Of a stretch of 64,000 nucleotides of DNA, positions 1 through 9,767 are shown one piece after another; within the stretch, counting starts at the first letter, position 1; every line of letters begins with the position of its first letter. The stretch is from NCBI GenBank assembly GCA_020721965.1, contig DYLS01000004.1:9091-73090 (forward strand). The letters run 5' to 3'. The translations under genes were made by a program, and so were the position numbers. The notes beneath the pieces are model-generated. The model was not told the DNA's origin. It made no database searches and saw only the letters and a program-made list of their open reading frames with translations. The DNA is from Blastopirellula marina (GTDB lineage: Bacteria; Planctomycetota; Planctomycetia; Pirellulales; Thermoguttaceae).

Positions 1-894
1 GACCAATTCGTCGATCAAACGCCGCACGCCGTCCTCGGTCCCGGGGATTTCCGAAAAGCCCTTCTTGGACAAGACGATGGCCTGCACGCGGAAGACCTTG
101 GTCGGCGAACCGGCCAAGCCGCAGCGGTCCAGCTCGGCATGAATGTCGTCCAGATTCCATTGCTCGATGAGTAGCCCTTGACGGCGGAATTCCTCCATCC
201 GCCCCGAGATCGCGTCTCGCGTCTCCTTCTCCGAGGCGTTGTCCAAGGACTTCTTGACTTCGGCTTCGATCTCCATTGGCACACGAGCGCGTTTGTAGCG
301 CATCACCCGGCGAGCGGCCGGCGGACGTGGCTGATTCGCGGTGGCAATCACGGTGATCAAGGCAGGCAAGCGAACTTCAACCAACTCCCAGCCGTTCCCC
401 ACGTTGCGACGAACGCGAGCCAGCTTCCCGTCCAAGCTGACCAATTCTTCCAAGTAAGTCACTTGTGGGATGCCCAACTTCTCGGCGATTTGCGGCCCGA
501 CTTGGGCTGTATCCCCGTCGATCGCCTGCCTGCCACACATGACGATGTCGTATCGGCCGATGGTCTCGATCGCCCGAGCCAGAATATAGCTGGTAGCCAA
601 GGTATCGCTTGCCGCGGCACGCCGGTCCGTGAGCAAGATCGCCCGATCCGCACCCCGAAACAGGCAATCCCGCAGTACGTCGGCGGCCTTGGGCGGCCCC
701 ATGCTGATCACTGTCACGGTCCCGCCGAAACGATCCCGAGCATCCAAGGCCGCTTCCAGGGCATTCAGGTCCTCGGGATTGAAGATCGTCGGCAACGCAG
801 CACGGTTTACCGTGCCGTCCTCTTTCATGGCCTCCGCCGTCACGTTGGCCGTGTCTGGAACCTGCTTCACACAAACAACAATGTCGTAAGGCAC
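1..894 (-). CDS. etfB: Electron transfer flavoprotein beta subunit (FixA/EtfB); 3' end runs off the window
   Basis: Not in the ORF track. Read manually from GTG at 894 (GGAG RBS upstream): MPYDIVVCVKQVPDT...NPEDLNALEAAL...SMGPP...GADRAILLTDR..A.SDTLATSYIL...CGRQAIDGDTAQVGPQIAEKLG, the classic ETF-beta motifs. The frame stays open to position 1. Confidence 0.95.
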   Translation of the reverse strand, partial: MPYDIVVCVKQVPDTANVTAEAMKEDGTVNRAALPTIFNPEDLNALEAALDARDRFGGTVTVISMGPPKAADVLRDCLFRGADRAILLTDRRAAASDTLATSYILARAIETIGRYDIVMCGRQAIDGDTAQVGPQIAEKLGIPQVTYLEELVSLDGKLARVRRNVGNGWELVEVRLPALITVIATANQPRPPAARRVMRYKRARVPMEIEAEVKKSLDNASEKETRDAISGRMEEFRRQGLLIEQWNLDDIHAELDRCGLAGSPTKVFRVQAIVLSKKGFSEIPGTEDGVRRLIDELV

Positions 895-1337
895 CTTCCG
901 CTCTCCACGATTCAAGGGAGCTTGCCAGATTGGAAACGTGGGTAAACGCCATCCGCCGCCGCAGATGGGAGCGCTCTCGCGCAACCGATCCCTTCCTCCT
1001 TGATCGCAACGCGTGCTATCACCCGGGCGGCCACGTGTTGGAATCGCTGGCGATTCAACCCTGGCCTGGCCCGTGGCTCACCCTCCGTGGCATCTTTCGG
1101 AATGGCAAGATGGATATTGTAGCGTAAACACGCAGGGCTTAGAACACCAGCTCCCCCCCAGCGTTTACGAAAGAGCGGGTGATTCTCTTGAAACCACCCG
1201 CCGCAGAGGATTCTTCTCGCCCAGACGATGCGGATGTCCGGCACCCCTGGCTGTAGCGACGCCCTCTGGACCAATAGGGACCGTCGCGGCTTCGCTCGCG
1301 TGCAGGGCCTCGCCCCCCGCGAGGACCGATCCTGCGA

Positions 1338-3128
1338 TCACGATAGGAACACGAATGTTGTCAGGATGAACAGCGGGATCAGAATGCCAACGCTGTACAC
1401 CATGTAGCCGAAAAAGCTGGGCATTTTGATGCCGCGCTTTTCGGCAATCGCCCGAACCATAAAATTCGGGCCGTTTCCGATGTACGTGTTCGCGCCCATA
1501 AAGACGGCCCCAATGCTGACGGCCACCAACAGGACGTGATCCACGCCGTTGCCGGGCGGAACCAGTTCCGTCCCACCCAACGTCCTGGCGGTTTCAAAAA
1601 ACACGACGTATGTCGGCGCATTGTCGAGAAACGACGATAGGGCACCGGTGGCCCAGAAGAACTGGGCAGGTGAATGCAACCCCAACTGCGGCCCCACCAC
1701 GTGCAGGATCTGCAAGGGGGGCTGCATCGTGATGAAAATGCCGAAGAACAGCGCCGCTACCTCGATGATCGCCCCGTAATTGAATTGATTGCTACGCCGC
1801 GAGGCCTCGTCCCCCAAAATCAAGGACAGCGTCACCAACCCCAATTGCACGATCTCGCGGAGATAAAGAGGTGGATGGAAGCCCGTGCCCGGGATGGCCT
1901 TCGTGGGGTCCAACAAAGCGACGGCCAGCACCACGCCCACCAATAGAGGCAAATTCGGCCACATGCCTCTGATGTTCATCCGGCGGACACGCTGGATGTC
2001 GGCCACCACATCCGGCTTCGCCTCGTGCGGATAAAAGTAGAACGTATCCCACAGGAAATAGATCGCCAGCAGGCAACCGTTTACAAACAGCCATTCCTTC
2101 CACATTTGCAGGGTCCATAGGAACGGGACGCCTCGCAAATAGCCCAAGAACAGCGGCGGATCCCCGATCGGTAACAAACAACCGCCGCAATTACAGACGA
2201 CGAAAATGAAGAATATGACCGTGTGCACGACATGCTTACGTTCGGAGTTCGTATCGAGAAGGAGCCGAACCAAAAGCATGGCCGCGCCGGTTGTCCCGAT
2301 CAAACTCGCCAAAACGGCGCCGATGGCGATGATCGCGGTGTTGACGATGGGTTTGGCGCGGAGGTCACCCTCGATCCGGATACCGCCGCTGATGGTGTAC
2401 AGGCTGAACAGCAAGACGATAAATGGAATGTACTCGCCGAGGATGGCGTTGGCGAAGACGGCCCAGGAGCTGCCCCAATGCAGGCCCGACGCGGAGGGCT
2501 GGCTCACGTAATGCGCAGGCCAATGCCCTTCCACAGGATGCGGATAGAGGAGCAAGTAATAAGCCAACGTCAGGACGGCTAGCGCCGCGGCCACATAAAA
2601 GCGGTGAAGGTTGCTTTCCCACCAGTGCTCGGTGGCGGGAATAAGCGGCAAAACCGCGATGGCCAAGAGTAAGGCCACAAAAGGCGCCACCGTCCAATAC
2701 GGCGGATGATCTTGGACCGCCCCATGTTCGGACGGGGAAGCGGTCTCTTCGCTTTCGTCGGCCGCGTTGGCGTGCGTTGCCGACGCTGGATCAGCCAGAT
2801 CGGCGTTCTCCCCCTGATCCCGTTTTTCGCCTGCGGGAGCTAGCGCCGCGTCAGACCCTCGGCCAGATTCCCCCTGCTTCGCCGCATCTTGGGATACAGC
2901 CGCGGAATCCCCTTGGTGCCCCCCGGCAGTTCTCTCGTGCTCGCCACTAATCCCCTCGTGCTCGACGGCAGTTCCCTGCTCCGCGTGGCTTTCGGCCTCC
3001 ACGATCCGTCGAGTCGCCTCTTGCGGCCAACCCAGCAGCAAAGTTGCGGCGTAGATCATAAACAGCACGCCCAAGGCGTACACCAATCGCCGTTGGGCCT
3101 CGGGCGAAGTGACATGCTCGTGCGACAT
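1338..3128 (-). CDS. Sodium:proton antiporter / ion-transporter (IT) superfamily permease with an acidic Ala/Glu/His-rich loop after the first TM helix
   Basis: Many TM helices; motifs GTTGAAMLL, NCGGCLLPIGDPPLFLGYL, SSFLDNAPTY, GANTYIGNGPNFMV. Start moved to the ATG at 3128 (MSHEHV), which has an AAAGGG RBS. Confidence 0.8.
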   Translation of the reverse strand: MSHEHVTSPEAQRRLVYALGVLFMIYAATLLLGWPQEATRRIVEAESHAEQGTAVEHEGISGEHERTAGGHQGDSAAVSQDAAKQGESGRGSDAALAPAGEKRDQGENADLADPASATHANAADESEETASPSEHGAVQDHPPYWTVAPFVALLLAIAVLPLIPATEHWWESNLHRFYVAAALAVLTLAYYLLLYPHPVEGHWPAHYVSQPSASGLHWGSSWAVFANAILGEYIPFIVLLFSLYTISGGIRIEGDLRAKPIVNTAIIAIGAVLASLIGTTGAAMLLVRLLLDTNSERKHVVHTVIFFIFVVCNCGGCLLPIGDPPLFLGYLRGVPFLWTLQMWKEWLFVNGCLLAIYFLWDTFYFYPHEAKPDVVADIQRVRRMNIRGMWPNLPLLVGVVLAVALLDPTKAIPGTGFHPPLYLREIVQLGLVTLSLILGDEASRRSNQFNYGAIIEVAALFFGIFITMQPPLQILHVVGPQLGLHSPAQFFWATGALSSFLDNAPTYVVFFETARTLGGTELVPPGNGVDHVLLVAVSIGAVFMGANTYIGNGPNFMVRAIAEKRGIKMPSFFGYMVYSVGILIPLFILTTFVFLS

Positions 3129-3642
3129 ATCGGGTCCCTTTTGGCTACCGGAGCTTGCTACGGCAATCCTCGCCGTGGCATTCATCTTATTTCCAGCCAG
3201 ACCGGGCCGATTCGGCGTTTGCCGTCAGCCCGTTTCGCTTCGACGCTAGCACTACAGCACGAAGTCCCCCTGAATGCATGAGGTGCGCGGCATTTGTTGC
3301 GAAACGCGACACCCCATCACAAGAGGTTGAGCCAAGCAAACAACGCTGCACTGTAGTACTAGAAGGCGGCATCGCCCTCGCCGTTCAGGAAGCCTCACCG
3401 TTCGGGAATCCACGAGTGCCAGCGTGCCGCCAAGCCAAAGAAACATAGCTCGTAATTTTCGATCATTTATCCACAATTCGCCAGCAGGGGCGCAGCTTGC
3501 AAGCGAGGAGCGTTTGCGGAAACGACGGCCCACATGACAACCCCTCAAGTGGGAACGCATTTCCACTCGCGAAATCGCTCGAAGAATCGGCATGATTCGC
3601 ATAAGCGTTACGAGGCGTATCAGCCGGCACGGGGACCGTGGC

Positions 3643-3808
3643 CCAACCGTTCACGGAGCATTGGAGGCCTCACGCCGCGTTGCCCACAATATCTGGTAGT
3701 GCCACATCGGGCAGTGCCTTGAGCAATCGGCTATTACGAACGAAGCGTTTTTGCCGAACAGCTCGGGAAAACGTCGCGTTTCCCCCCTGTTCCAGCCGTG
3801 AACGGTTC
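3643..3808. mobile_element. MITE family A (IS66-type GTAACCGTTCACGG ends), degenerate copy
   Basis: Ends ccAACCGTTCACGG (3643) and CCGTGAACGGTTc (to 3808). Flanks ACCGTGGC / ACCGTCGC give a 7/8 TSD. Internal blocks GCAAAAACGC and GCCGATTGCTCAAG (minus strand) are shared with the copy at 26206. Confidence 0.8.
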
Positions 3809-3839
3809 ACCGTCGCAAAGGAAAGATCCACGGTCGAGA

Positions 3840-4376
3840 TCACGGCGGAAGGGCGTCCCCGGCTCCCCAGATTCCGCGCCGAGCCTTTCGTGCCCGATCT
3901 TCCGCCGCAAGAAGACGCGCCTTAAGCTCCCGTGGACACGCGTATTCCCTTGCCACTCGGGCAAGACCTCGCTCCACCAGGGCTTCGTTGATGCAGATGT
4001 CGGCGGCCCAGACCACCCCCAGCAATCGCCCGTACTTGTCGCGTTGGTTCTCCGTCTCCAGGCGAATCCGGCCAGCCACCGACTGGATGTAGTCCCGCAC
4101 CGCCTGCGAGGCCTCCGGACCAAACGGTTCCACGGGACTGTTGGGTTTCACAGATTCGGGGGCATCGATACCCCAAAGACGAACGCGATCGCCACCCATC
4201 AACACCAGGGTATCCCCATCCACCACCCGCTCGACGCTGTACTCGCCGCTTTGAGCTGGCCCGCTAGGCGGCATCGAGGACGGAGCGGCCGACCATTCGC
4301 CACCACGGTTCAAAAAGCGGAGCAGCAGCAATAGCAACAATACGAGGATCGCTGTCGCCGGGGTCCAGCGACGCAT
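3840..4376 (-). CDS. Thermonuclease (SNase) family protein with N-terminal TM/signal segment
   Basis: RVVDGDTL, RVRLWGIDAPE, RDKYGRLLG, INEALVERGLA, ARKARRGIW. Start moved to MRRWTP (4376). Confidence 0.92.
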   Translation of the reverse strand: MRRWTPATAILVLLLLLLLRFLNRGGEWSAAPSSMPPSGPAQSGEYSVERVVDGDTLVLMGGDRVRLWGIDAPESVKPNSPVEPFGPEASQAVRDYIQSVAGRIRLETENQRDKYGRLLGVVWAADICINEALVERGLARVAREYACPRELKARLLAAEDRARKARRGIWGAGDALPP

Positions 4377-4539
4377 CGACCGGGGAGACAGCGTCGGGAC
4401 CGGAAGTCGGCGAGTGCATCGGCGGGCAGTCATCAACACCCGTTCCCCGCAGGACGTTAAAGCCACATACACCTCCGTGCTACGTCCGCGAACCGACCAC
4501 GGCGGCTTCCGAATGGGGAAAGAGGCTGCGAATGTCGCT

Positions 4540-4842
4540 TCAATTGTCGCTCATTCCAAGAACGCGGACGGTCCCTCTTCCCAAGGGGTTGCGCAAAAAG
4601 GACCTGCGGCACTTGGAGCACAGGTCGAACGTCAGGACCACATGCGCCGGCTCGAAGGCCTCTTCGTTCTGAACATCAAATCGTTCGAGGAGATCATGAA
4701 TCTCTTCCAGGTGGTCGCGGTCATCCGGCTCGCCCTCTTCGACCGGATCGAAGGCTGCTGCAATCTCGATTTTCACCTGGTAGTGTGTCTCACGGATGGG
4801 ATCGATTTCCCGCTTGCACATGTCGCAGACATAGCGAATCAT
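4540..4842 (-). CDS. Small hypothetical protein with two CxxC pairs (probable Zn-binding)
   Basis: MIRYVCDMCKREI...FDLCSKCRRSFLRNPLG with an acidic middle; GGGAGAG RBS before the ATG at 4842. Confidence 0.75.
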   Translation of the reverse strand: MIRYVCDMCKREIDPIRETHYQVKIEIAAAFDPVEEGEPDDRDHLEEIHDLLERFDVQNEEAFEPAHVVLTFDLCSKCRRSFLRNPLGRGTVRVLGMSDN

Positions 4843-5094
4843 CGGCCGCTCTCCCTGATTGCTGGGCTGATCCGGTTTTGGTAGAAGCCCTAACCCCAAC
4901 ACGTTCATGGTAATAGCCGCAACAACACCGGGGCAATAGCGGAATGAAGAGTTTTTTCACGGGCCGGGAGAGGCTGGTTCCCGCCCCATTCCTCGCTTGA
5001 CAAAGGCCCTCGCGTTTGTTCCGCGCGCAGGCGCGGGGATCGACGGAGATCGCATGGCGAGGCCGCCTCACGCCACTGTGTTGGGGAACGTTGG

Positions 5095-6150
5095 CTAAGC
5101 GTTGGGAGCGGAACCGCTGGCGTGGCGATGGGCCAATTCCACGACCGTGCGCCCCATGACTTTGCCGGCCAAGATGTCGCCCAAGAGCGGCTCCAGCGAT
5201 TCCAAGGGAACGATCCGCCGCAGGTCCGGCAGGCGTTCCACGCGCCAGGCGTCGGCCAGCAGGGACCAGATTTCGGCCTTCCGCTTAATGCGTGCGTAGG
5301 CGGCATCGATCCCCACCAAGGTGATGCCGCGCAGGATGAACGGATAGACCGTCATATCCAGGCGATTGCTCGCGGCCAGCCCGCACGCCGCCACGCATCC
5401 ACCGTGCTTTACCGATCGCAGGAGGGTGGTCAAAATCCGGCCGCCAACGGTGTCCACGGCCCCCGCCCAACGTCCGGAGAGGAGAGGCTTGTCCGTTTTG
5501 TCTTCCGCCTGATCGCGTGAGAGAAAGTCGCTGGCCCCCAGGCTTCGCAAGAGCGAGATGGCGTGGGGTTTTCCCGTCACGGCCGTGACATGAAATCCGA
5601 GCTTCGCAAGGATGGCCACCGCGAGGGAACCGACGCCACCCGACGCCCCGGTCACCACCACGTCGCCCCTCTCCGGGATAGCGCCGTGTTGCAGCAAGGC
5701 CTGCACGCACATCGCGGCGGTCAATCCGGCCGTGCCGTAGGTCATGGCGTCCAGGGAATTGAGGTTGGGCGGTAAAAGCAACACCCATTCGCGCGGCACG
5801 CGGACCCATTCGGCCCAGCCTCCCCAGCGTCCGGAACCCATCTCCCAGCCGGTGACCACCACGGCATCGCCTGGTGAGAAATCGGCCGTTTGCGATTGGG
5901 CGACCCTCCCAGCCGCATCGATGCCGGGAACGTGCGGAAAGCTCGTCACCACGCCGGGATGCCCTGCCGCGGCCAAGGCGTCCTTGTAATTGAGCGAGGA
6001 GTGTTCGGTCCGAATCAAGACCTCTCCCGGCGGAAGCTCCAATAATGGCCGATATGCCAGGCCACGCCGGATCGTGCCGTCCTCCAACCGCTCGACCCAG
6101 AGGCAGCAAAACGAGTCCGGCAATTTGAAGGCTTGCGATCTCGGTTCCAT
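5095..6150 (-). CDS. acuI: YhdH/YhfP-family MDR oxidoreductase (acryloyl-CoA reductase AcuI-like)
   Basis: SSLNYKDALA, PHVPGIDAAG, GTAGLTAA, VTGASGGVGSLAV, GAVDTVGG, PFILRGITLVGID. AGGAG RBS before the ATG at 6150. Confidence 0.88.
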   Translation of the reverse strand: MEPRSQAFKLPDSFCCLWVERLEDGTIRRGLAYRPLLELPPGEVLIRTEHSSLNYKDALAAAGHPGVVTSFPHVPGIDAAGRVAQSQTADFSPGDAVVVTGWEMGSGRWGGWAEWVRVPREWVLLLPPNLNSLDAMTYGTAGLTAAMCVQALLQHGAIPERGDVVVTGASGGVGSLAVAILAKLGFHVTAVTGKPHAISLLRSLGASDFLSRDQAEDKTDKPLLSGRWAGAVDTVGGRILTTLLRSVKHGGCVAACGLAASNRLDMTVYPFILRGITLVGIDAAYARIKRKAEIWSLLADAWRVERLPDLRRIVPLESLEPLLGDILAGKVMGRTVVELAHRHASGSAPNA

Positions 6151-6330
6151 GACGACCACACTCCTTTTGCCCATGCCGTTCCCCGCGGTCGGCGATGCAA
6201 CCTGATGCTACAGCGGAGGGTTCTTCGATTGGCTCAGCATCTTGTGGTGAGGGATTGCATCGCCTCCCAACTTATGCCCGGCACATCATCGAATTAGGCG
6301 GACTTTGCGATCTAGTGCGAAAGGCGAAGC

Positions 6331-6346
6331 TGGCACCGCTTTTGCA
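6331..6346 (+). promoter_or_regulatory. Perfect sigma54 (-24/-12) consensus match, oriented antisense to htrA
   Basis: TGGCAC-cgctt-TTGCA (GG-N10-GC). There is no + strand gene directly downstream, so it may be a chance match. Confidence 0.3.
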
Positions 6347-6395
6347 GGCGAGGCCCACCTTCAGACCGCCCTCCGGCAGGTATCCCGCCGCGACT

Positions 6396-7592
6396 TCACA
6401 GGCCGGCCGTACTCGGACGCGCGATGAGCTTGACCTTGACTGTAAACACCTGGCCGGCGCGAAACACTTGGAGTTCCACCTCTTTGCCGATTTCCGAGGT
6501 GTTGACCATATACACGAGATGGGCATCGTCTTCCACAACGTGCTGTTCGAACCGCAAGATGATGTCCCCCGGCTGGAGTCCCGCCGCCAAAGCCGGTGAA
6601 TCGGGGGTCACGGTAACAATGCGTGCTCCCAGCCGGGCATCCAATCCCGCCGCCTGAGCCGCCGCCGCATCGAACCGTGCGTCCAGCGATACTCCCAAGA
6701 AGGCTCGCCGCACCGTGCCAGACTCCACCAGCTGCCGAGCGACCCAAAGAAACGTATTGATGGGAATGGCAAAACCGATCCCCTCATTGCCGCCGGAATT
6801 GCTAGCGATGGCGGTATTGATGGCAATCACACGACCCCGCAAATCGACCAGTGGACCGCCACTATTGCCGGGGTTGATGGCGGCGTCCGTCTGGATGAAG
6901 TCTTGCAAGCGGACATTGGAATCGCCCAGATCCAAGTCGCGCCGCCCCTTGGCGCTGATAATACCAAACGTCACGGAATGGCTGAGTCCGAACGGACTGC
7001 CAAACGCCAATACGAAGTCCCCGATGTCCGTCTCATCGCTGTTGCCGATTTCGGCCGTGAACAAGTTCGATGCGGACACCAAAAGCACGGCGATGTCGGT
7101 CTCAGGATCGCTGCGGACCTCTGTCGGTTGAATCAAGCGCCCGTCGGCCAAGTGAACCCTGACCTTGTCGGGTTCGGCATCGCGCACCACGTGGCGATTG
7201 GTGAAGATGCACGTCCGGCCGTTGAGATTCACCAGGATACCGGAGCCTGCCTCTTCGACAGGCCTGGACGAGCCGGACTGCAAGGCCCGACGCCCCGGAA
7301 CCTGCGCTTCGATGTGCACCACGACTGGCCCCACAATCTTCGCCACCAATCGTACTACGGAAGCCTGGGCCTCCAAGAGCGCCGCCTTCTCCGAAAGCTC
7401 GCGCATCAGCGCGGACCGCGTCTCCTCGTTCAGCGGCCCGAACTTCTCCAAGGCCGTTGGGATCGCCGACCGACCGGTCCTCGACTGCCCCATCGCAACG
7501 GAGAAATTGAGGGCTGGTATCAACAGCAAAAGCCAAATGGCAGCCGCCGGCCTCGTTAAGAACGGGATACGAATTCTCGAAAGATTTGCCAT
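6396..7592 (-). CDS. HtrA/DegP-like trypsin serine protease with one PDZ domain and a signal peptide
   Basis: FTNRHVV (His), ETDIAVL (Asp), DAAINPGNSGGPL (Ser), GIGFAIP, C-terminal PDZ (SPALAAGLQPGDII). Confidence 0.95.
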   Translation of the reverse strand: MANLSRIRIPFLTRPAAAIWLLLLIPALNFSVAMGQSRTGRSAIPTALEKFGPLNEETRSALMRELSEKAALLEAQASVVRLVAKIVGPVVVHIEAQVPGRRALQSGSSRPVEEAGSGILVNLNGRTCIFTNRHVVRDAEPDKVRVHLADGRLIQPTEVRSDPETDIAVLLVSASNLFTAEIGNSDETDIGDFVLAFGSPFGLSHSVTFGIISAKGRRDLDLGDSNVRLQDFIQTDAAINPGNSGGPLVDLRGRVIAINTAIASNSGGNEGIGFAIPINTFLWVARQLVESGTVRRAFLGVSLDARFDAAAAQAAGLDARLGARIVTVTPDSPALAAGLQPGDIILRFEQHVVEDDAHLVYMVNTSEIGKEVELQVFRAGQVFTVKVKLIARPSTAGL

Positions 7593-8070
7593 GACCTGAT
7601 CTCGAATGCCGATCTAACCACGCACCAAGCCGCTACCCCCTTCGCGAGAACACTCTCACCCTCCGCCCACCGCATAGACCGGGTTCCCCGGAATACGGCG
7701 TACCCTCGCTAGCCAGTGCGAGGAACCAAAACGCGTCCCTGTATTTTAACCTACACAGCAAGGCTGGACGAACAACCAACGGGGACAAAGCTTGGCCCGT
7801 CGCAGGAGTGAATGCCTCGTTTCCCCGCGGCCCACAGGACGACCCGGCCGGCCGATCCCCGAACAAGCCGTGGCGGCTGTCACGAATATACCGGCTACAC
7901 CGGCTGGCATGGCCTGAGCACGTGGGTCGTGAAAGCTAATCTCGAATTGTGCGGAAAAAGCATAACGCACAATTAAGAAGACGTTCCAGTTGAGGCGGCA
8001 TGACGCAAGGATTTTCAGGATCGCTTGCCCGCTGCCAAAACTTCCACCAAGACATTCCAGGGATTTCTGC

Positions 8071-8598
8071 ATGAGCACGATGACTTTGCCCGATTCGCTC
8101 GCCTCGCTCCCCGTCGATCCCGCCCTGGCGCGTGCCATTGTTGAAGCCGTTGGGGAGTCGCTCACGATGTGCCATGCCAAGACGCGGATGGTAGGTCTTA
8201 GCGCCGTACCGATATACGAGCCAGGCAGCGTCACCGCGGTCATCGGCGTCCACGGGAGGGTATCGGGTTTCATCACCTTCAACACCTGCGAACAGGTGGC
8301 CTTGAGCCTGGCAGGCGGATTCCTTCAGGAGCCGATGGACAAGCTGAATGGGCAAGTCATCGATTGTATGGGCGAAATAGCGAATCTGATCTCCGGTGGA
8401 GTCAAGAAACGGCTAAGCTCCACCGACTGGGCCTTCAACTCTGTCACCGTCCCGTCGGTAATTGTGGGCCACAACTACCAAATCGCCTACGCGAAAGGCA
8501 TCCAGTACCTGGCCGTGACGTTTGAACACCAGAATGCCGACGCCTTCCTCTTGGAGCATCGGCTGCTCCAAGTGGCAGTATCTTTCGTTCGCCTGTAG
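8071..8598 (+). CDS. cheX: CheX-family chemotaxis phosphatase
   Basis: VTAVIGVHGRVSG, DCMGEIANLISG (E-x-x-N motif), VTVPSVIVG. Start moved to the ATG at 8071. Confidence 0.85.
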   Translation: MSTMTLPDSLASLPVDPALARAIVEAVGESLTMCHAKTRMVGLSAVPIYEPGSVTAVIGVHGRVSGFITFNTCEQVALSLAGGFLQEPMDKLNGQVIDCMGEIANLISGGVKKRLSSTDWAFNSVTVPSVIVGHNYQIAYAKGIQYLAVTFEHQNADAFLLEHRLLQVAVSFVRL

Positions 8599-8657
8599 AT
8601 CTAGCCGAAGAAGACTCGTCGCGTCCGGCTCACTCGATTGGATTCTGGGTCAAGGAG

Positions 8658-9143
8658 TCACCCGGATCGCCCCGCATCGGAACTCACGTCCTTCGCTATG
8701 CCGGAATTGCCGGCCGGTCGTAGCCCCTCGCTGAGGAACCGGAGAAGTCTTTCCGGTGTTTGAAAGCCGATTGCCCGACTCGGCTTGGCCCTGAAACCCT
8801 TGGGGTGGAAGATCACGACTTGAGGCAACGGCCCGCCGCCTGTGATCGCAGCGGCCAATTCTTTGTCTTGATCGTAGTCGACCCTGGCAAAGGCGGCGTC
8901 CTTCAAAATGCCGGTTTTGGGGAGATTGGGAAGGACAGTCGCCTCCATTTTCCGGCAGGCCGGGCACCACTTCGCGCCGACAAACACGACCAGCGGCAAA
9001 TGCTCCTTCTGAGCAAGTTGATACGCCTCTTTGTAAGTCGTGAAAGACACGGCCGACTTCGTCGGTTCGTCGGTCCAGGCCGTCTCGAAGTTAGACACCA
9101 GAGCCAGCAACACCAGCACACCCGGGACCATGCGTGATAACAT
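8658..9143 (-). CDS. Exported thioredoxin-fold protein
   Basis: Signal peptide, then FVGAKWCPACRKME; GGAGG RBS. Confidence 0.85.
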   Translation of the reverse strand: MLSRMVPGVLVLLALVSNFETAWTDEPTKSAVSFTTYKEAYQLAQKEHLPLVVFVGAKWCPACRKMEATVLPNLPKTGILKDAAFARVDYDQDKELAAAITGGGPLPQVVIFHPKGFRAKPSRAIGFQTPERLLRFLSEGLRPAGNSGIAKDVSSDAGRSG

Positions 9144-9463
9144 CGCTACCCTCCGCGAAGCGCAAAAGATGGTTTCGTCGTCTCGCGGATTCCGTTCCGT
9201 AAACCAAAACGACCCTGACCGGTGGGTTGCCCGTCAAAGGCACCCAAAACAGAAAATCCATCTGAATCGATAAACTCTAATCAGAGCAACTCTCTTTGCA
9301 AGCTGAACAGATGCGCGCCCCGCCAATGGCGTTGGTCTTCCCGCCCGATTTTGCTAGATACAAATCGAGAGAGTAAAAGCAGCAAAAATGCGAAATATAG
9401 ATAATATTTATAAAATGCAGAAGATGCTGTATAGCGGTTATGAGACTGCTTGTCCCGGGCGAG

Positions 9464-9494
9464 GGAACTTTCGCCGCGTCCAACGCGACCATAA
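9464..9494 (+). promoter_or_regulatory. Candidate ECF-sigma promoter upstream of the DUF1598 gene
   Basis: GGAACTT-N15-CGACCATA, the same architecture as the GGAACTT-N15-CGTCT element in front of the ECF sigma gene (38012). Confidence 0.35.
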
Positions 9495-9767
9495 CCGCAG
9501 AGGGAACTTCGTCTTTTGGGGAGCGGAGGGTTTTCTTGGTTGCAAATAGGCAGCGCGGCAATTAGGTTAGATAATTGACGCGAGATTGGATGTTTGGCTA
9601 GAGTGCACAAGACTTCGATGCAGTCTCATCCCGCATCCTGATCGCAACCTGGTGCGCTCGAGGGCTGGCACTTATCCGTTTGATGTAATGTGCAGTCTCG
9701 ATCGTTTTGCCACCGGTTCACAAGGCAAGCTTAAGGATCGCGATTTTATCCTGCGAGGAGAAAATCC

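Noticed and set aside
178-945. 255-aa + strand ORF (and 377-1009 minus)
   Set aside because: Shadows of etfB, which lies on the minus strand in a frame running off the window and so is missing from the ORF track.
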